Below, piece after piece: positions 19,763 through 28,314 of a stretch of DNA of 43,624 nucleotides. The DNA is from Alphaproteobacteria bacterium. GTDB lineage: Bacteria; Pseudomonadota; Alphaproteobacteria; Rhodobacterales; Rhodobacteraceae. A program made the translations under genes and the position numbers. The stretch is taken from the NCBI GenBank assembly GCA_009908405.1, contig JAAAPG010000020.1:1-43624 (forward strand), in the 5' to 3' direction. Below the pieces are notes generated by a model. That model ran no database searches and was not told the DNA's origin. It worked only from the letters and a program-made list of their open reading frames with translations. The stretch's first letter is position 1; each line of letters opens with the position of its first letter.

Positions 19763-21282
19763 ACTTGGTTCTGGTTCTGGGTGACCAGTTGTCGGACGGG
19801 CTGTCGGCATTGGCAGAGGCCGACAGCGCGACAGACGTGGTGGTGATGGCCGAAGTCGCCTCGGAAGCGAGCTATGTGCCGCACCACCCCAAGAAGATCG
19901 CCTTCACCTTCACCGCCATGCGCAAATACGCGGCGCATTTGCAGGCACAAGGCTGGCGGGTGGCCTACACGCGGCTGGATGACGCGGACAATGCGGGGTC
20001 CATCCCCGCCGAATTGCTGCGCCGGGCCGAGGAATTCGGCACCGACCGCGTACTTGTCACCGAACCGGGCGAATGGCGGTTGATCGCGGCCTTGCGCGAA
20101 TTACCGCTCCATCTGACCCTGCTGGAAGACACGCGTTTCATCTGCACCCATGCCGAGTTTGACGCTTGGGCCAAGGACCGCAAATCGCTGCGGATGGAAT
20201 ATTTCTACCGCGAGATGCGACGCAAGACCGGGCTGCTGATGGAGGGCGACAAGCCTGTGGGCGGCAAATGGAATTTCGACCACGACAATCGCAAACCCGC
20301 CAGCGGCGACCTGTTTCGCAAAGCGCCGCCACAAGCGCGGGGCGATGACGTGCTGGACCAGGTGCTCGACCTTGTCGAAGCGCGTTTTCCCGACAATTTC
20401 GGCACACTGCGCCCGTTCCAGTTCCAGACCGACCGCGCGGGCGCGTTGCGGGCGCTGGATCATTTCATCATCCACGCGCTGCCCGATTTCGGCACTTACC
20501 AGGATGCGATGCTGGCGGATGATCCCTACCTGTATCACGCCGTGATCGGGCTCTATCTGAATGCGGGGCTGCTGGACCCGCTGGAGGTCTGCGACCGCGC
20601 CGCCCGTGCCTATGCCGATGGTGACGCGCCCATCAACTCGGTCGAAGGGTTCATCCGTCAGATCATTGGCTGGCGTGAATTCATCCGCGGCATCTATTTC
20701 CGCGAAGGCCCGGACTATACCAGTCGCAACACGCTGGGGCATGACCGCGCCTTGCCCGCGCTGTATTGGGGGGCAGAAACCCGGATGAACTGCCTGCACC
20801 ACGCGGTCGGGCAAACCCGTGACTTGGCCTATGCCCACCACATTCAGCGGCTGATGGTGACGGGCAATTTCGCGCTGCTGGCGGGGGCAAACCCGGCGCA
20901 TGTGCACGAATGGTATCTGGCCGTCTATGCCGATGCCTATGAATGGGTCGAAGCGCCGAACGTGATTGGCATGTCGCAATTCGCCGACGGGGGCGTCGTG
21001 GGGTCGAAACCTTATGTCAGCTCCGGTGCCTATATCGACCGCATGTCCGATTACTGCAAAGGTTGTCATTACCGGGTCAAGGAAAAGACCGGCCCGCGCG
21101 CTTGCCCGTTCAACCTGCTGTACTGGCATTTCCTGATCCGGCATCGCGCGCGATTCTCGGGCAACCCGCGCATGGCGCAGATGTATCGCACCTTCGACCG
21201 CATGGACGACGCGCGGCGTGAAACCGTTCTGGCAGACGCCGATGCGTTCCTGCAAAAGCTGGATGCAGGCGAAACCGTTTGA
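19756..21282 (+). CDS. cryB: Fe-S bacterial cryptochrome/(6-4) photolyase (CryB/PhrB class)
   Basis: LVLGDQL, HHPKKI, MEYFYR, GGKWNFDHDNRK, YAHHIQRLMV; four Fe-S cysteines in MNCL, YCKGC, ACPF. Confidence 0.9.
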   Translation: MVNLVLVLGDQLSDGLSALAEADSATDVVVMAEVASEASYVPHHPKKIAFTFTAMRKYAAHLQAQGWRVAYTRLDDADNAGSIPAELLRRAEEFGTDRVLVTEPGEWRLIAALRELPLHLTLLEDTRFICTHAEFDAWAKDRKSLRMEYFYREMRRKTGLLMEGDKPVGGKWNFDHDNRKPASGDLFRKAPPQARGDDVLDQVLDLVEARFPDNFGTLRPFQFQTDRAGALRALDHFIIHALPDFGTYQDAMLADDPYLYHAVIGLYLNAGLLDPLEVCDRAARAYADGDAPINSVEGFIRQIIGWREFIRGIYFREGPDYTSRNTLGHDRALPALYWGAETRMNCLHHAVGQTRDLAYAHHIQRLMVTGNFALLAGANPAHVHEWYLAVYADAYEWVEAPNVIGMSQFADGGVVGSKPYVSSGAYIDRMSDYCKGCHYRVKEKTGPRACPFNLLYWHFLIRHRARFSGNPRMAQMYRTFDRMDDARRETVLADADAFLQKLDAGETV

Positions 21283-21322
21283 CGGGCTTGCCCTGTCGCG
21301 CGCGCTGACCTATCCCGGAGGG

Positions 21323-22435
21323 ATGAAAACACCGCGTTTCACGCCGCTTGTCGCTGATCTGCCTGCCACCGTGCCCTTTGTCGGGCCGGAAGCGCATATG
21401 CGGGCCAATGGAAGGCCCTTCAAGGCGCGGATCGGGGCGAATGAGAGCGGTTTCGGTCCGTCGCCCAAAGCAATCGAGGCCATGTGTGCCGCCGCCCCCG
21501 AGGCGTGGATGTATGGCGATTCGGAATGTCATGATCTGCGCGAAGCTCTTGCCGCGTATCATGGCGTGACCCCGGCCCATATCATCATCGGCGAGGGAAT
21601 CGACGGGCTGTTGGGGATGCTCGTGCGGATGCTGGTCGCCCCCGGCGACCCGGTTGTCACCTCTGACGGGGCTTATCCGACGTTCAATTATCATGTGGCC
21701 GGGTTTGGCGGTGTATTGCACAAAGTACCTTATCGCGACGACCACGAAGACCCCGGCGCGCTGCTGGCTCTTGCCGAAGAAGTTCACGCGAAACTGCTCT
21801 ATTTCTGCAACCCCGACAACCCGATGGGCACATGGCACAGCGCCCGCGTTGTCGAACGCATGGTCAGGGCCGTGCCCGATGGAACGCTGATGGTGCTGGA
21901 CGAAGCCTATATCGACGCCGCCCCGCCCTGCACCGCGCCGCAGATCGACCCGGATGATCCGCGCGTGATCCGGATGCGGACATTTTCCAAGCTTTTTGGC
22001 TTGGCAGGCCTGCGCGTTGGTTATGCTATCGGAGCGCCGCGGCTGATTGCGATGTTCGACCGAATCCGCAATCATTTCGGTATGGGGCGCGTGGCCCAGG
22101 CCGGCGCGCTGGCGGCATTGGCCGATCAGGCTTGGCTGGCCGATATCCAGGCCCGAGTCAGCGCAGCGCGCAACCAGATCGCGCAGATTGCCGCGGTGAA
22201 CGGGTTGTATGCCATACCTTCGGCAACCAGCTTCGTCGCGCTCGACACCGGTCGGGACGGAGAATTTGCCAAGGGCCTGGTCGATGGCTTGATGGCGCGC
22301 GACGTGTTCGTGAGAATGCCGTTTGTCGCGCCGCAAAACAGATGTATCCGTGTAAGTGCCGCACCGGATAATGAGCTTGTGGAGCTCTCGGCCGCTTTGC
22401 CCGAAGTCTTGGCACAGCTTTCGGACAGTCCCTGA
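21323..22435 (+). CDS. PLP-dependent aminotransferase class I/II (HisC-like)
   Basis: IGANES, NPDNPMG, LDEAY, RTFSKLFGLAGLRVGY. Confidence 0.9.
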   Translation: MKTPRFTPLVADLPATVPFVGPEAHMRANGRPFKARIGANESGFGPSPKAIEAMCAAAPEAWMYGDSECHDLREALAAYHGVTPAHIIIGEGIDGLLGMLVRMLVAPGDPVVTSDGAYPTFNYHVAGFGGVLHKVPYRDDHEDPGALLALAEEVHAKLLYFCNPDNPMGTWHSARVVERMVRAVPDGTLMVLDEAYIDAAPPCTAPQIDPDDPRVIRMRTFSKLFGLAGLRVGYAIGAPRLIAMFDRIRNHFGMGRVAQAGALAALADQAWLADIQARVSAARNQIAQIAAVNGLYAIPSATSFVALDTGRDGEFAKGLVDGLMARDVFVRMPFVAPQNRCIRVSAAPDNELVELSAALPEVLAQLSDSP

Positions 22436-22509
22436 CACGGGCTGAAGCGCGCAAAATCAAGGCCGGTGCCGCGCGCGAAAGCGAGACCCAAGCCACGCCA
22501 GAGGCCAGG

Positions 22510-23175
22510 TCAGACATCGCTCTGCGATGCCGGGTCTCTCAGGCCGACCGCATCATCGCTGTCGATGATATGGCCCCCTTCCAGTACCAGAAGCGTATGC
22601 CCTGCATCCGCCCGCGCCTCGACAACGCGCGCATAACCCAGAACCGGGTTGCTGGCCAGCTCGGTATCGCCACGGTAACTGACCATAGAAAAACTGTAGA
22701 GCTCGCCTTGTTGAATCGCGTCATTGTCAGGTGGAACCTCGAACGAAATCTCGGTCGCGTAGGGATCGACCGGATAGCGCCCGATTTCCGCGCCTGAACT
22801 GTCGGTAACCACAAGTTCGGCGCGATTGGCCCCCTCCACTTCCGGCGGCACCAACTGCAGCGGATCACCGTCGAAGCGGATAGGTGACGCACTCAGCACG
22901 TCGCGTCCGACCCAGGACGCGAGCTCGGACAGCCCCATGCGGTTCGCCAATCGCGATAGAAGTTGGTTGGTCTGCACCTGCTGTTCGACCCCGGAGAAGG
23001 TTGCCAGCTGCTCGGCAAAATCAGACGCCTCGATCGGTTCAAGCGGGTTCTGGTTCTGGATTTGCGCCGTCAGCATTGTCAGAAAAGTCTGGAAATCGCC
23101 CGGACCCACCGACGTATTTTCGGTTTGCGGCGTGCTCGGGCGTGACGTTGATGTCGGTGCGATCGGGTCCAACAT
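22510..23175 (-). CDS. flgD: Flagellar hook capping protein FlgD
   Basis: DFQTFLTMLTAQIQNQNPLEP...FAEQLATFSGVEQ. Confidence 0.93.
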   Translation of the reverse strand: MLDPIAPTSTSRPSTPQTENTSVGPGDFQTFLTMLTAQIQNQNPLEPIEASDFAEQLATFSGVEQQVQTNQLLSRLANRMGLSELASWVGRDVLSASPIRFDGDPLQLVPPEVEGANRAELVVTDSSGAEIGRYPVDPYATEISFEVPPDNDAIQQGELYSFSMVSYRGDTELASNPVLGYARVVEARADAGHTLLVLEGGHIIDSDDAVGLRDPASQSDV

Positions 23176-23216
23176 GGTCTTGGGTTCCTTCTGAGATACT
23201 TATGCCAGCCCGCGCA

Positions 23217-24644
23217 CTAGACGCGCAGATCCATGCCTGTTGTGGTTGGTTGCAACGACGGGGCGGGTAGCAGGTCGGTTTCCGGCTCAGGCATGGGACC
23301 TGTGACGCGCGCTATCTCGCGCGCCGCAGGGTGGCTTTGCCGATCTTCTCTGCCGTTCTGTTCGAATTGGAAGCTGGTGGAGTCGTGTCCAAGGTCTGAA
23401 AGTGCCCGCGCCAAGCTTGAGATATTCTTGCGCAGCAGATCCAACGTTTCCGGGCGCTCTGTTGCGATGGTTATCTGCAGGCCGGTCTCTGACGACTGCA
23501 GATATATCCGCACGCGCCCCAATTCTTCGGGCGCCAAGGTAATATCGAAACTGTCACGCGTGGCATTTGTAATTGCTTGCGCGATCTGGATGGAACTTGG
23601 TTGATGTGGCGCGGCTGTGGATGCCCCGCCGCCCGACGCGGAGGCGCCTATGCTCTGAGCCGCGATGCCGGACCCTGTCACCGTATCGGGAGCATCCCCC
23701 CCGTCGAGCAGAGCCGACCCCGTCGGATCGGCAGGCGACCTGCCTTCCTGCGCAGCCAGTATTGATGGTGCAATGGACGCGGCACCGCCGGGTCGAGGCG
23801 TGACCGGGGCGGATGCGTTTTGCAACCAAGCATTCGTGGCCAAAGCTGCCGTCTGCCCGCCCGGCTTGAAGCGGATTGTTGTGTTGCTTGGGTCCGCCCT
23901 TGTGGCGTGGGACAAGACAGCCTGGCTTGCGCCGAGGCCCATGCGGGCTGCAAGAGCCTGTGATGCCCCCCCAACCGGGGCCACGGCCGCCGGGTCGGCA
24001 CCATGTACATGCTGGCCCCGCAGCAGCGGAATCTCCGCTACCGGCCTTGCGATACCATTATCTGGCAGACCCGGTCGCGGCATCACCTGCGATGCCGCGA
24101 GCACGGTTGTTGCACTGGTCGGACCAGAGATGGTGCGTGTCAAACCCGACACTGCTGATACGCCCTCCACCGGCCCCATTGCCAATGCGCTTTTGCCGGC
24201 CAATCCTGATGCTGGCGACATGGACGTCCCCGGTGCCAGCGGCAGGTCGGACATATCTGAAAATTCAGCGCCCACCGTCGGCGCAGCCGGTCCGGTAGCT
24301 GTCGGTCGCCCGGCCGCAAACCAGAAAAGGTCAGGCATCTGCGGCAGGGCATCCGGCGAGGCGACCGACCCGGTCTGTTGCTGAGTCGTGTCAAGTCCGA
24401 CATGTATCTCGGTCATCGATGGGATCGTGTCTGGCTCAGTATCTGCTGCCACGGGCGTCGAATCATCCAGGGGCGGGTCGGTCATGTCTTGCCCAGGCCG
24501 AGGGCGTGCGGAGGCACTTCCAGCGGATTGCGCAAAAAAATTCATAAAGTCATGCCCTTGTCGCGCGCTCGTTGTGCCAGTCATAGGTGACGTGCGCGCG
24601 CTGCTCGGAACACCGGCTTCTGTTGGTACGCTCATATTGGGCAT
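23217..24644 (-). CDS. fliK: Flagellar hook-length control protein FliK
   Basis: Long Ala/Pro/Thr-rich region then ITLAPEELGRVRI...ERPETLDLLRKN; GGAGG precedes ATG 24644. Confidence 0.88.
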   Translation of the reverse strand: MPNMSVPTEAGVPSSARTSPMTGTTSARQGHDFMNFFAQSAGSASARPRPGQDMTDPPLDDSTPVAADTEPDTIPSMTEIHVGLDTTQQQTGSVASPDALPQMPDLFWFAAGRPTATGPAAPTVGAEFSDMSDLPLAPGTSMSPASGLAGKSALAMGPVEGVSAVSGLTRTISGPTSATTVLAASQVMPRPGLPDNGIARPVAEIPLLRGQHVHGADPAAVAPVGGASQALAARMGLGASQAVLSHATRADPSNTTIRFKPGGQTAALATNAWLQNASAPVTPRPGGAASIAPSILAAQEGRSPADPTGSALLDGGDAPDTVTGSGIAAQSIGASASGGGASTAAPHQPSSIQIAQAITNATRDSFDITLAPEELGRVRIYLQSSETGLQITIATERPETLDLLRKNISSLARALSDLGHDSTSFQFEQNGREDRQSHPAAREIARVTGPMPEPETDLLPAPSLQPTTTGMDLRV

Positions 24645-24679
24645 CGGAACCTCCTGTCGCCGAAGCTGACACAGACTAC

Positions 24680-24697
24680 TTACCGAATCTTTACCGA
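24680..24697. promoter_or_regulatory. TTACCGA direct repeat (CtrA-box-like) in the divergent fliK/flgJ promoter region
   Basis: TTAC-cgaatct-TTACC with 11-bp period; GAATC (GANTC) in the spacer. Confidence 0.45.
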
Positions 24698-24733
24698 CAG
24701 AGCGGATTGTGCGGAAAAGCGAAGGAGACATCG

Positions 24734-24994
24734 ATGCTACCAACCGTTGCGCACACCCTCCCACTCAATGCGCCACAAAAGCGGCTGGAAACCGCGGCAC
24801 GCGGGTTCGAAGCCGCCTTTCTGGCACAGATGCTGGCTGCCGCCGGCGCGGGAAAACCCGCGGATACATTCGGCGGCGGTATCGGCGAATCACAATTTGC
24901 CTCTTTTCTGCTGGATGCCCAAGCGCAGCACATCGCGCAGCGTGGTGGCGTGGGGCTGGCCGAAACAATCATCCGCCATTACGGGCAGTCATAA
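24734..24994 (+). CDS. flgJ: Rod-binding protein (short FlgJ-like, no muramidase domain)
   Basis: AARGFEAAFLAQML, FGGGIGESQFASFL, GGVGLAE; AAGGAG RBS. Confidence 0.82.
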   Translation: MLPTVAHTLPLNAPQKRLETAARGFEAAFLAQMLAAAGAGKPADTFGGGIGESQFASFLLDAQAQHIAQRGGVGLAETIIRHYGQS

Positions 24995-25005
24995 GGGGGA
25001 CACCG

Positions 25006-25344
25006 ATGACCAAAGTCTCGTTCAAAGACGTAAAAACTGTTCTAATTGATGAACATACAGCACTTATGTCCGGCGATTTTGACGCTTTGGAACGCGTGAC
25101 CATCCGCAAGGAACGCATGGCGTTGCACATGGACGAACTGGACCTGAGCGCCGCGGACATCCGGGAAATCCGATCGTTGTCAGAGAAAAGCGCCCGCCTT
25201 TTGGCGGTGGTGTCGCACGCGGTCACAGAGGCACGGATCTATCTGGCAGAGCGCCATAATCCTCCGGACACCCACGCATATGCCGCGAACGGCACGCGGC
25301 AAAAACTATCCGACACGTCCGGGACACTGGCACAGAAAGCCTGA
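25006..25344 (+). CDS. FlgN-like flagellar chaperone
   Basis: 112-aa helical protein (LIDEHTALMSGDFDALE...YAANG) between the rod-binding gene and flagellin. Confidence 0.65.
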   Translation: MTKVSFKDVKTVLIDEHTALMSGDFDALERVTIRKERMALHMDELDLSAADIREIRSLSEKSARLLAVVSHAVTEARIYLAERHNPPDTHAYAANGTRQKLSDTSGTLAQKA

Positions 25345-25420
25345 TAAGGCAGTGTTAACCACGCGATCAAAAACCCGGTATTGCATAATATTCAACGGGT
25401 TTTCTTCACGACTTTTCAAC
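25344..25420 (+). promoter_or_regulatory. Degenerate CtrA boxes upstream of flagellin
   Basis: ATAA-N7-TTAAC at 25344-25359 (1 mismatch) and TTCA-N7-TCAAC at 25405-25420 (2 mismatches). Confidence 0.5.
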
Positions 25421-25554
25421 TCCTTTGCGGTCAAGATAGCCATGTCGACAGGAGCGTCGGACGATCAAAATGATCGCATGCAGAATGCACTCAATCGCGC
25501 CGATGACGGCGCAACTTCCACATGTGCAAAATGCACTGAAAGAAAGGGATTATC

Positions 25555-26400
25555 ATGTCCAGCATTCTGACGAACAACAGCGCAATGGTGGCGCTGCAAA
25601 CCCTGCGCGGCGTCAACAAGGGTCTGGCGCAGACCCAGTCTGAAATCTCGACGGGCAAGTCCATTGCGACAGCGAAGGACAACGCCGCAACTTGGTCGAT
25701 ATCCAAGGTCATGGAGTCCGATGTCGCCGGCTTCAAAGCTATCTCTGACAGTCTCGGCCTGGGCAAAGCAACTGTGGGTGTGGCCTCCGCAGCGGCCGAG
25801 CAGATCGTGGGCGAACTGGATGAGATCAAGGGCCTCATCGTTTCGGCCCAGAGCGAGAACGTCGACCACGCCAAGATCCAGAACGACATCTCTGAACGAA
25901 CCGCCCAGATTACATCTATTATCGGTGCGGCGCAGTTCAACGGCGCCAATCTGTTGGCAGCGGATGTCGACGGGAATGGTGCCACCAGCTTCAGTGTTCT
26001 GGCCTCTTTGGACCGCGTTGGGACCGGGGCGCCGGCGGCCAACACGATCGAGGTCGACACAGTTAATTTCGAGACTAGTCTCGACTTCACTGCGAATTTG
26101 ACCGATATCACTGATACTGCCACAGCGACGACCGCGTTGGGTGAGATCGAGACCTTGATGCAAGCGGCTGTGACCGGTGCTGCGGCGCTTGGCGCGTCTG
26201 CCAAGCGGATCGAAAGCCAAAGTGAATTCGTCACCAACCTGACTGACTCGCTCAACTCCGGTATCGGTGCGCTGGTGGATGCCGATATGGAAGAAGCCTC
26301 GGCCCGTTTGCAGGCGCTTCAGGTTCAGCAACAGTTGGCAACGCAATCGCTATCAATCGCGAACCAGCAGCCGCAGAACATCCTCTCACTGTTCCGGTAA
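25555..26400 (+). CDS. fliC: Flagellin (281 aa)
   Basis: MSSILTNNSAMVALQTL, STGK, AQFNGANLL, LVDADMEEASARLQALQVQQQL, ILSLFR. Confidence 0.97.
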   Translation: MSSILTNNSAMVALQTLRGVNKGLAQTQSEISTGKSIATAKDNAATWSISKVMESDVAGFKAISDSLGLGKATVGVASAAAEQIVGELDEIKGLIVSAQSENVDHAKIQNDISERTAQITSIIGAAQFNGANLLAADVDGNGATSFSVLASLDRVGTGAPAANTIEVDTVNFETSLDFTANLTDITDTATATTALGEIETLMQAAVTGAAALGASAKRIESQSEFVTNLTDSLNSGIGALVDADMEEASARLQALQVQQQLATQSLSIANQQPQNILSLFR

Positions 26401-26410
26401 TTAACTCGGT

Positions 26411-26433
26411 ATGGGCCCCAGCCTGGGGCCCAT
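26411..26433 (+). terminator. Hairpin between fliC and flaF (terminator or mRNA-stabilising stem)
   Basis: ATGGGCCCCA-gcc-TGGGGCCCAT perfect 10-bp stem with only a short T run after it. Confidence 0.6.
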
Positions 26434-26471
26434 TTCCCGGACAACCCGGAAAATGACCAAGAGGATTTGAT

Positions 26472-26849
26472 ATGAACGCCCACACTCAGGCGATCGCGGC
26501 TTACCGCGCCCCAAGCGACCCGGGAAAATCTCCGCGTGCCATCGAATACGATCTGTTTGCCGAAATCACGTCGCGCTTGCGCCGAGCCGCATCCGCGAAA
26601 GACACGAACTTCCCGAAATTTGTCGAGGCCCTGGACGACAATCGCAAACTTTGGAGTGAACTCGCATTTGATCTTGCTGGTCCGGGCAATCTGTTGCCAG
26701 AGAGCCTGCGCGCTCAGCTTCTGGGCCTTGCCCAATTCACACTGAACCAGACCGACGCGATCCTGATGGGCAATGCACAGGCTGATACCCTGATCGATCT
26801 GAACATTGCGATCATGCGTGGCTTGAATGGTCAGGGGGGGGTGTCATGA
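26472..26849 (+). CDS. flaF: Flagellar biosynthesis regulator FlaF
   Basis: SPRAIEY, ALDDNRKLW, NLLPESLRAQL, LIDLNIAIMRGL. Confidence 0.93.
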   Translation: MNAHTQAIAAYRAPSDPGKSPRAIEYDLFAEITSRLRRAASAKDTNFPKFVEALDDNRKLWSELAFDLAGPGNLLPESLRAQLLGLAQFTLNQTDAILMGNAQADTLIDLNIAIMRGLNGQGGVS

Positions 26850-27250
26850 CCGGCTTGGTCATTCGACTTGCCCCGCGCGAGCGTGTGCTGCTGAACGGCG
26901 CAATCATCGAGAACGGGGACAAGCGCACGAGCCTGTCGATCAAGACACCCAATGCCAGCGTGCTGCGGCTACGCGATGCAATCCACCCGGATGATGCGAA
27001 GACGCCAGTCAAACGCACCTGCTACCTGGCACAGCTTATCCTGTCCGGGGATGCAACAGCAGACGACCTGCATACACCGTTGCTGCGCGCTGTCGAACAA
27101 CTGAGCCAGGTGTTTCGCGATCCTGACAGCCACCGCCACCTCGACGATGCCACCACCGCCGCTGTAAATGGCGAATATTACCAAGCACTCAAGGCATTAC
27201 GCTGCCTGTTGCCCAGAGAGGCGCGTCTTTTGTCCGCGCGCCAGGTATGA
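26846..27250 (+). CDS. flbT: Flagellar biosynthesis repressor FlbT
   Basis: GLVIRLAPRERVLLNGAIIENGD, TPVKR, YYQALKALR; ATGA coupled. Confidence 0.93.
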   Translation: MTGLVIRLAPRERVLLNGAIIENGDKRTSLSIKTPNASVLRLRDAIHPDDAKTPVKRTCYLAQLILSGDATADDLHTPLLRAVEQLSQVFRDPDSHRHLDDATTAAVNGEYYQALKALRCLLPREARLLSARQV

Positions 27251-28050
27251 GCTTCCAGCCTGTCATACCCCTTGGTGGCGTCGCCGGATGGGAATTTCTC
27301 AAGCGCACGCGAGACCGGCAAGAACAGAGCTTTGTCGCCAGTCCAATCATGACGCAAGCGACCGGGTCATTCGGCGGCACTTTTTCGAAAATTCGCTCCG
27401 CCGCGGAACTCGTCGAAAACCGGCAGGCTCTGAAGGTTGTTCTTGGTGCGTTCGGCTTGCAGGATGATCTCAACAATCGAGCCTTCATCGGCAAAGTCAT
27501 ATCCGATGGGATCAGCCAGCCGGATGCCCTGGCCAACCGTTTGGCGGACAAACGATACCTTTCGCTCGCTCGGGAACTTGCGCACCTTGCGCCGGGCGGG
27601 AGCGGGATCGCACCGCCCGGGCTGGCGGACAGTCTGGTAAGCCGGTATCAAGCGAGTGAATTCGAGATTGCAGTCGGCGATAGCGAGGAGAATATGCGTT
27701 TTGCCCTCGCGTACGCACGAAGAATGCCCGAAATCGCAGGGGGGGGGCGCTCCGACGCGGCGCAATGGTTCGAGATATTGGGTGATCCGCCAACACGCCG
27801 TGTGATTGAAACCGCGTTGGGATTACCGGGTGAGTTCGCGGCGCTCGATATCGACGAGCAGATCGTGCGGCTTAAAGCGGCAGCAGGGACGAAATTCGGA
27901 GTCACCAAGGCTGCCGATTTCGCGGGCCCAGACATGATTGAAACCGTCACAAAGCGTTTTCTGCTCATGGACCAATTGCGACAGAGTCAGGCAGCCATGA
28001 GCGGTGCCTCAGTGGCACTTACGTTATTATCGCAAACCGGTATTGATTGA
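27247..28050 (+). CDS. DUF1217 flagellar-cluster protein
   Basis: MSFQPVIPLGGVAGWEFLKRT, LGAFGL, ANRLADKRY, TALGLP, DIDEQ; follows flbT. Confidence 0.88.
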   Translation: MSFQPVIPLGGVAGWEFLKRTRDRQEQSFVASPIMTQATGSFGGTFSKIRSAAELVENRQALKVVLGAFGLQDDLNNRAFIGKVISDGISQPDALANRLADKRYLSLARELAHLAPGGSGIAPPGLADSLVSRYQASEFEIAVGDSEENMRFALAYARRMPEIAGGGRSDAAQWFEILGDPPTRRVIETALGLPGEFAALDIDEQIVRLKAAAGTKFGVTKAADFAGPDMIETVTKRFLLMDQLRQSQAAMSGASVALTLLSQTGID

Positions 28051-28314
28051 GCTTCCGGCGCAGCAAGGAAAACCATACTGCCGCGACTATACGGGCCCAG
28101 GCTGTCACGCGGCGCTTGGTTCGGTGCTGACGATCCTCAGTTCCGTGGCGCGATTTGCCATCGTGTTCATTCCACCGATCAGCCGCGCGGGCCGAGGCCG
28201 GTCCTGTCAGCACATAGCCTCGTGACTAGGCGTGACAGGTGGACGCAAAAGCCAGCCGCGCTGTCCGCACGTTCACCAATACGGCCTGTTATGCCCGGTC
28301 TTGGACCACCTGTT

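Noticed and set aside
25442-25570. uORF (MSTGASDDQ...) spanning the flagellin leader and overlapping the fliC start
   Set aside because: No RBS, and the region is better explained as RNA hairpins; would need Ribo-seq.
25555-26400. Very short flagellin and muramidase-less FlgJ as novelties
   Set aside because: Both are normal for alphaproteobacteria.
28019-28314. Possible fliI remnant or small gene after DUF1217
   Set aside because: The frames I translated showed no recognisable motif.
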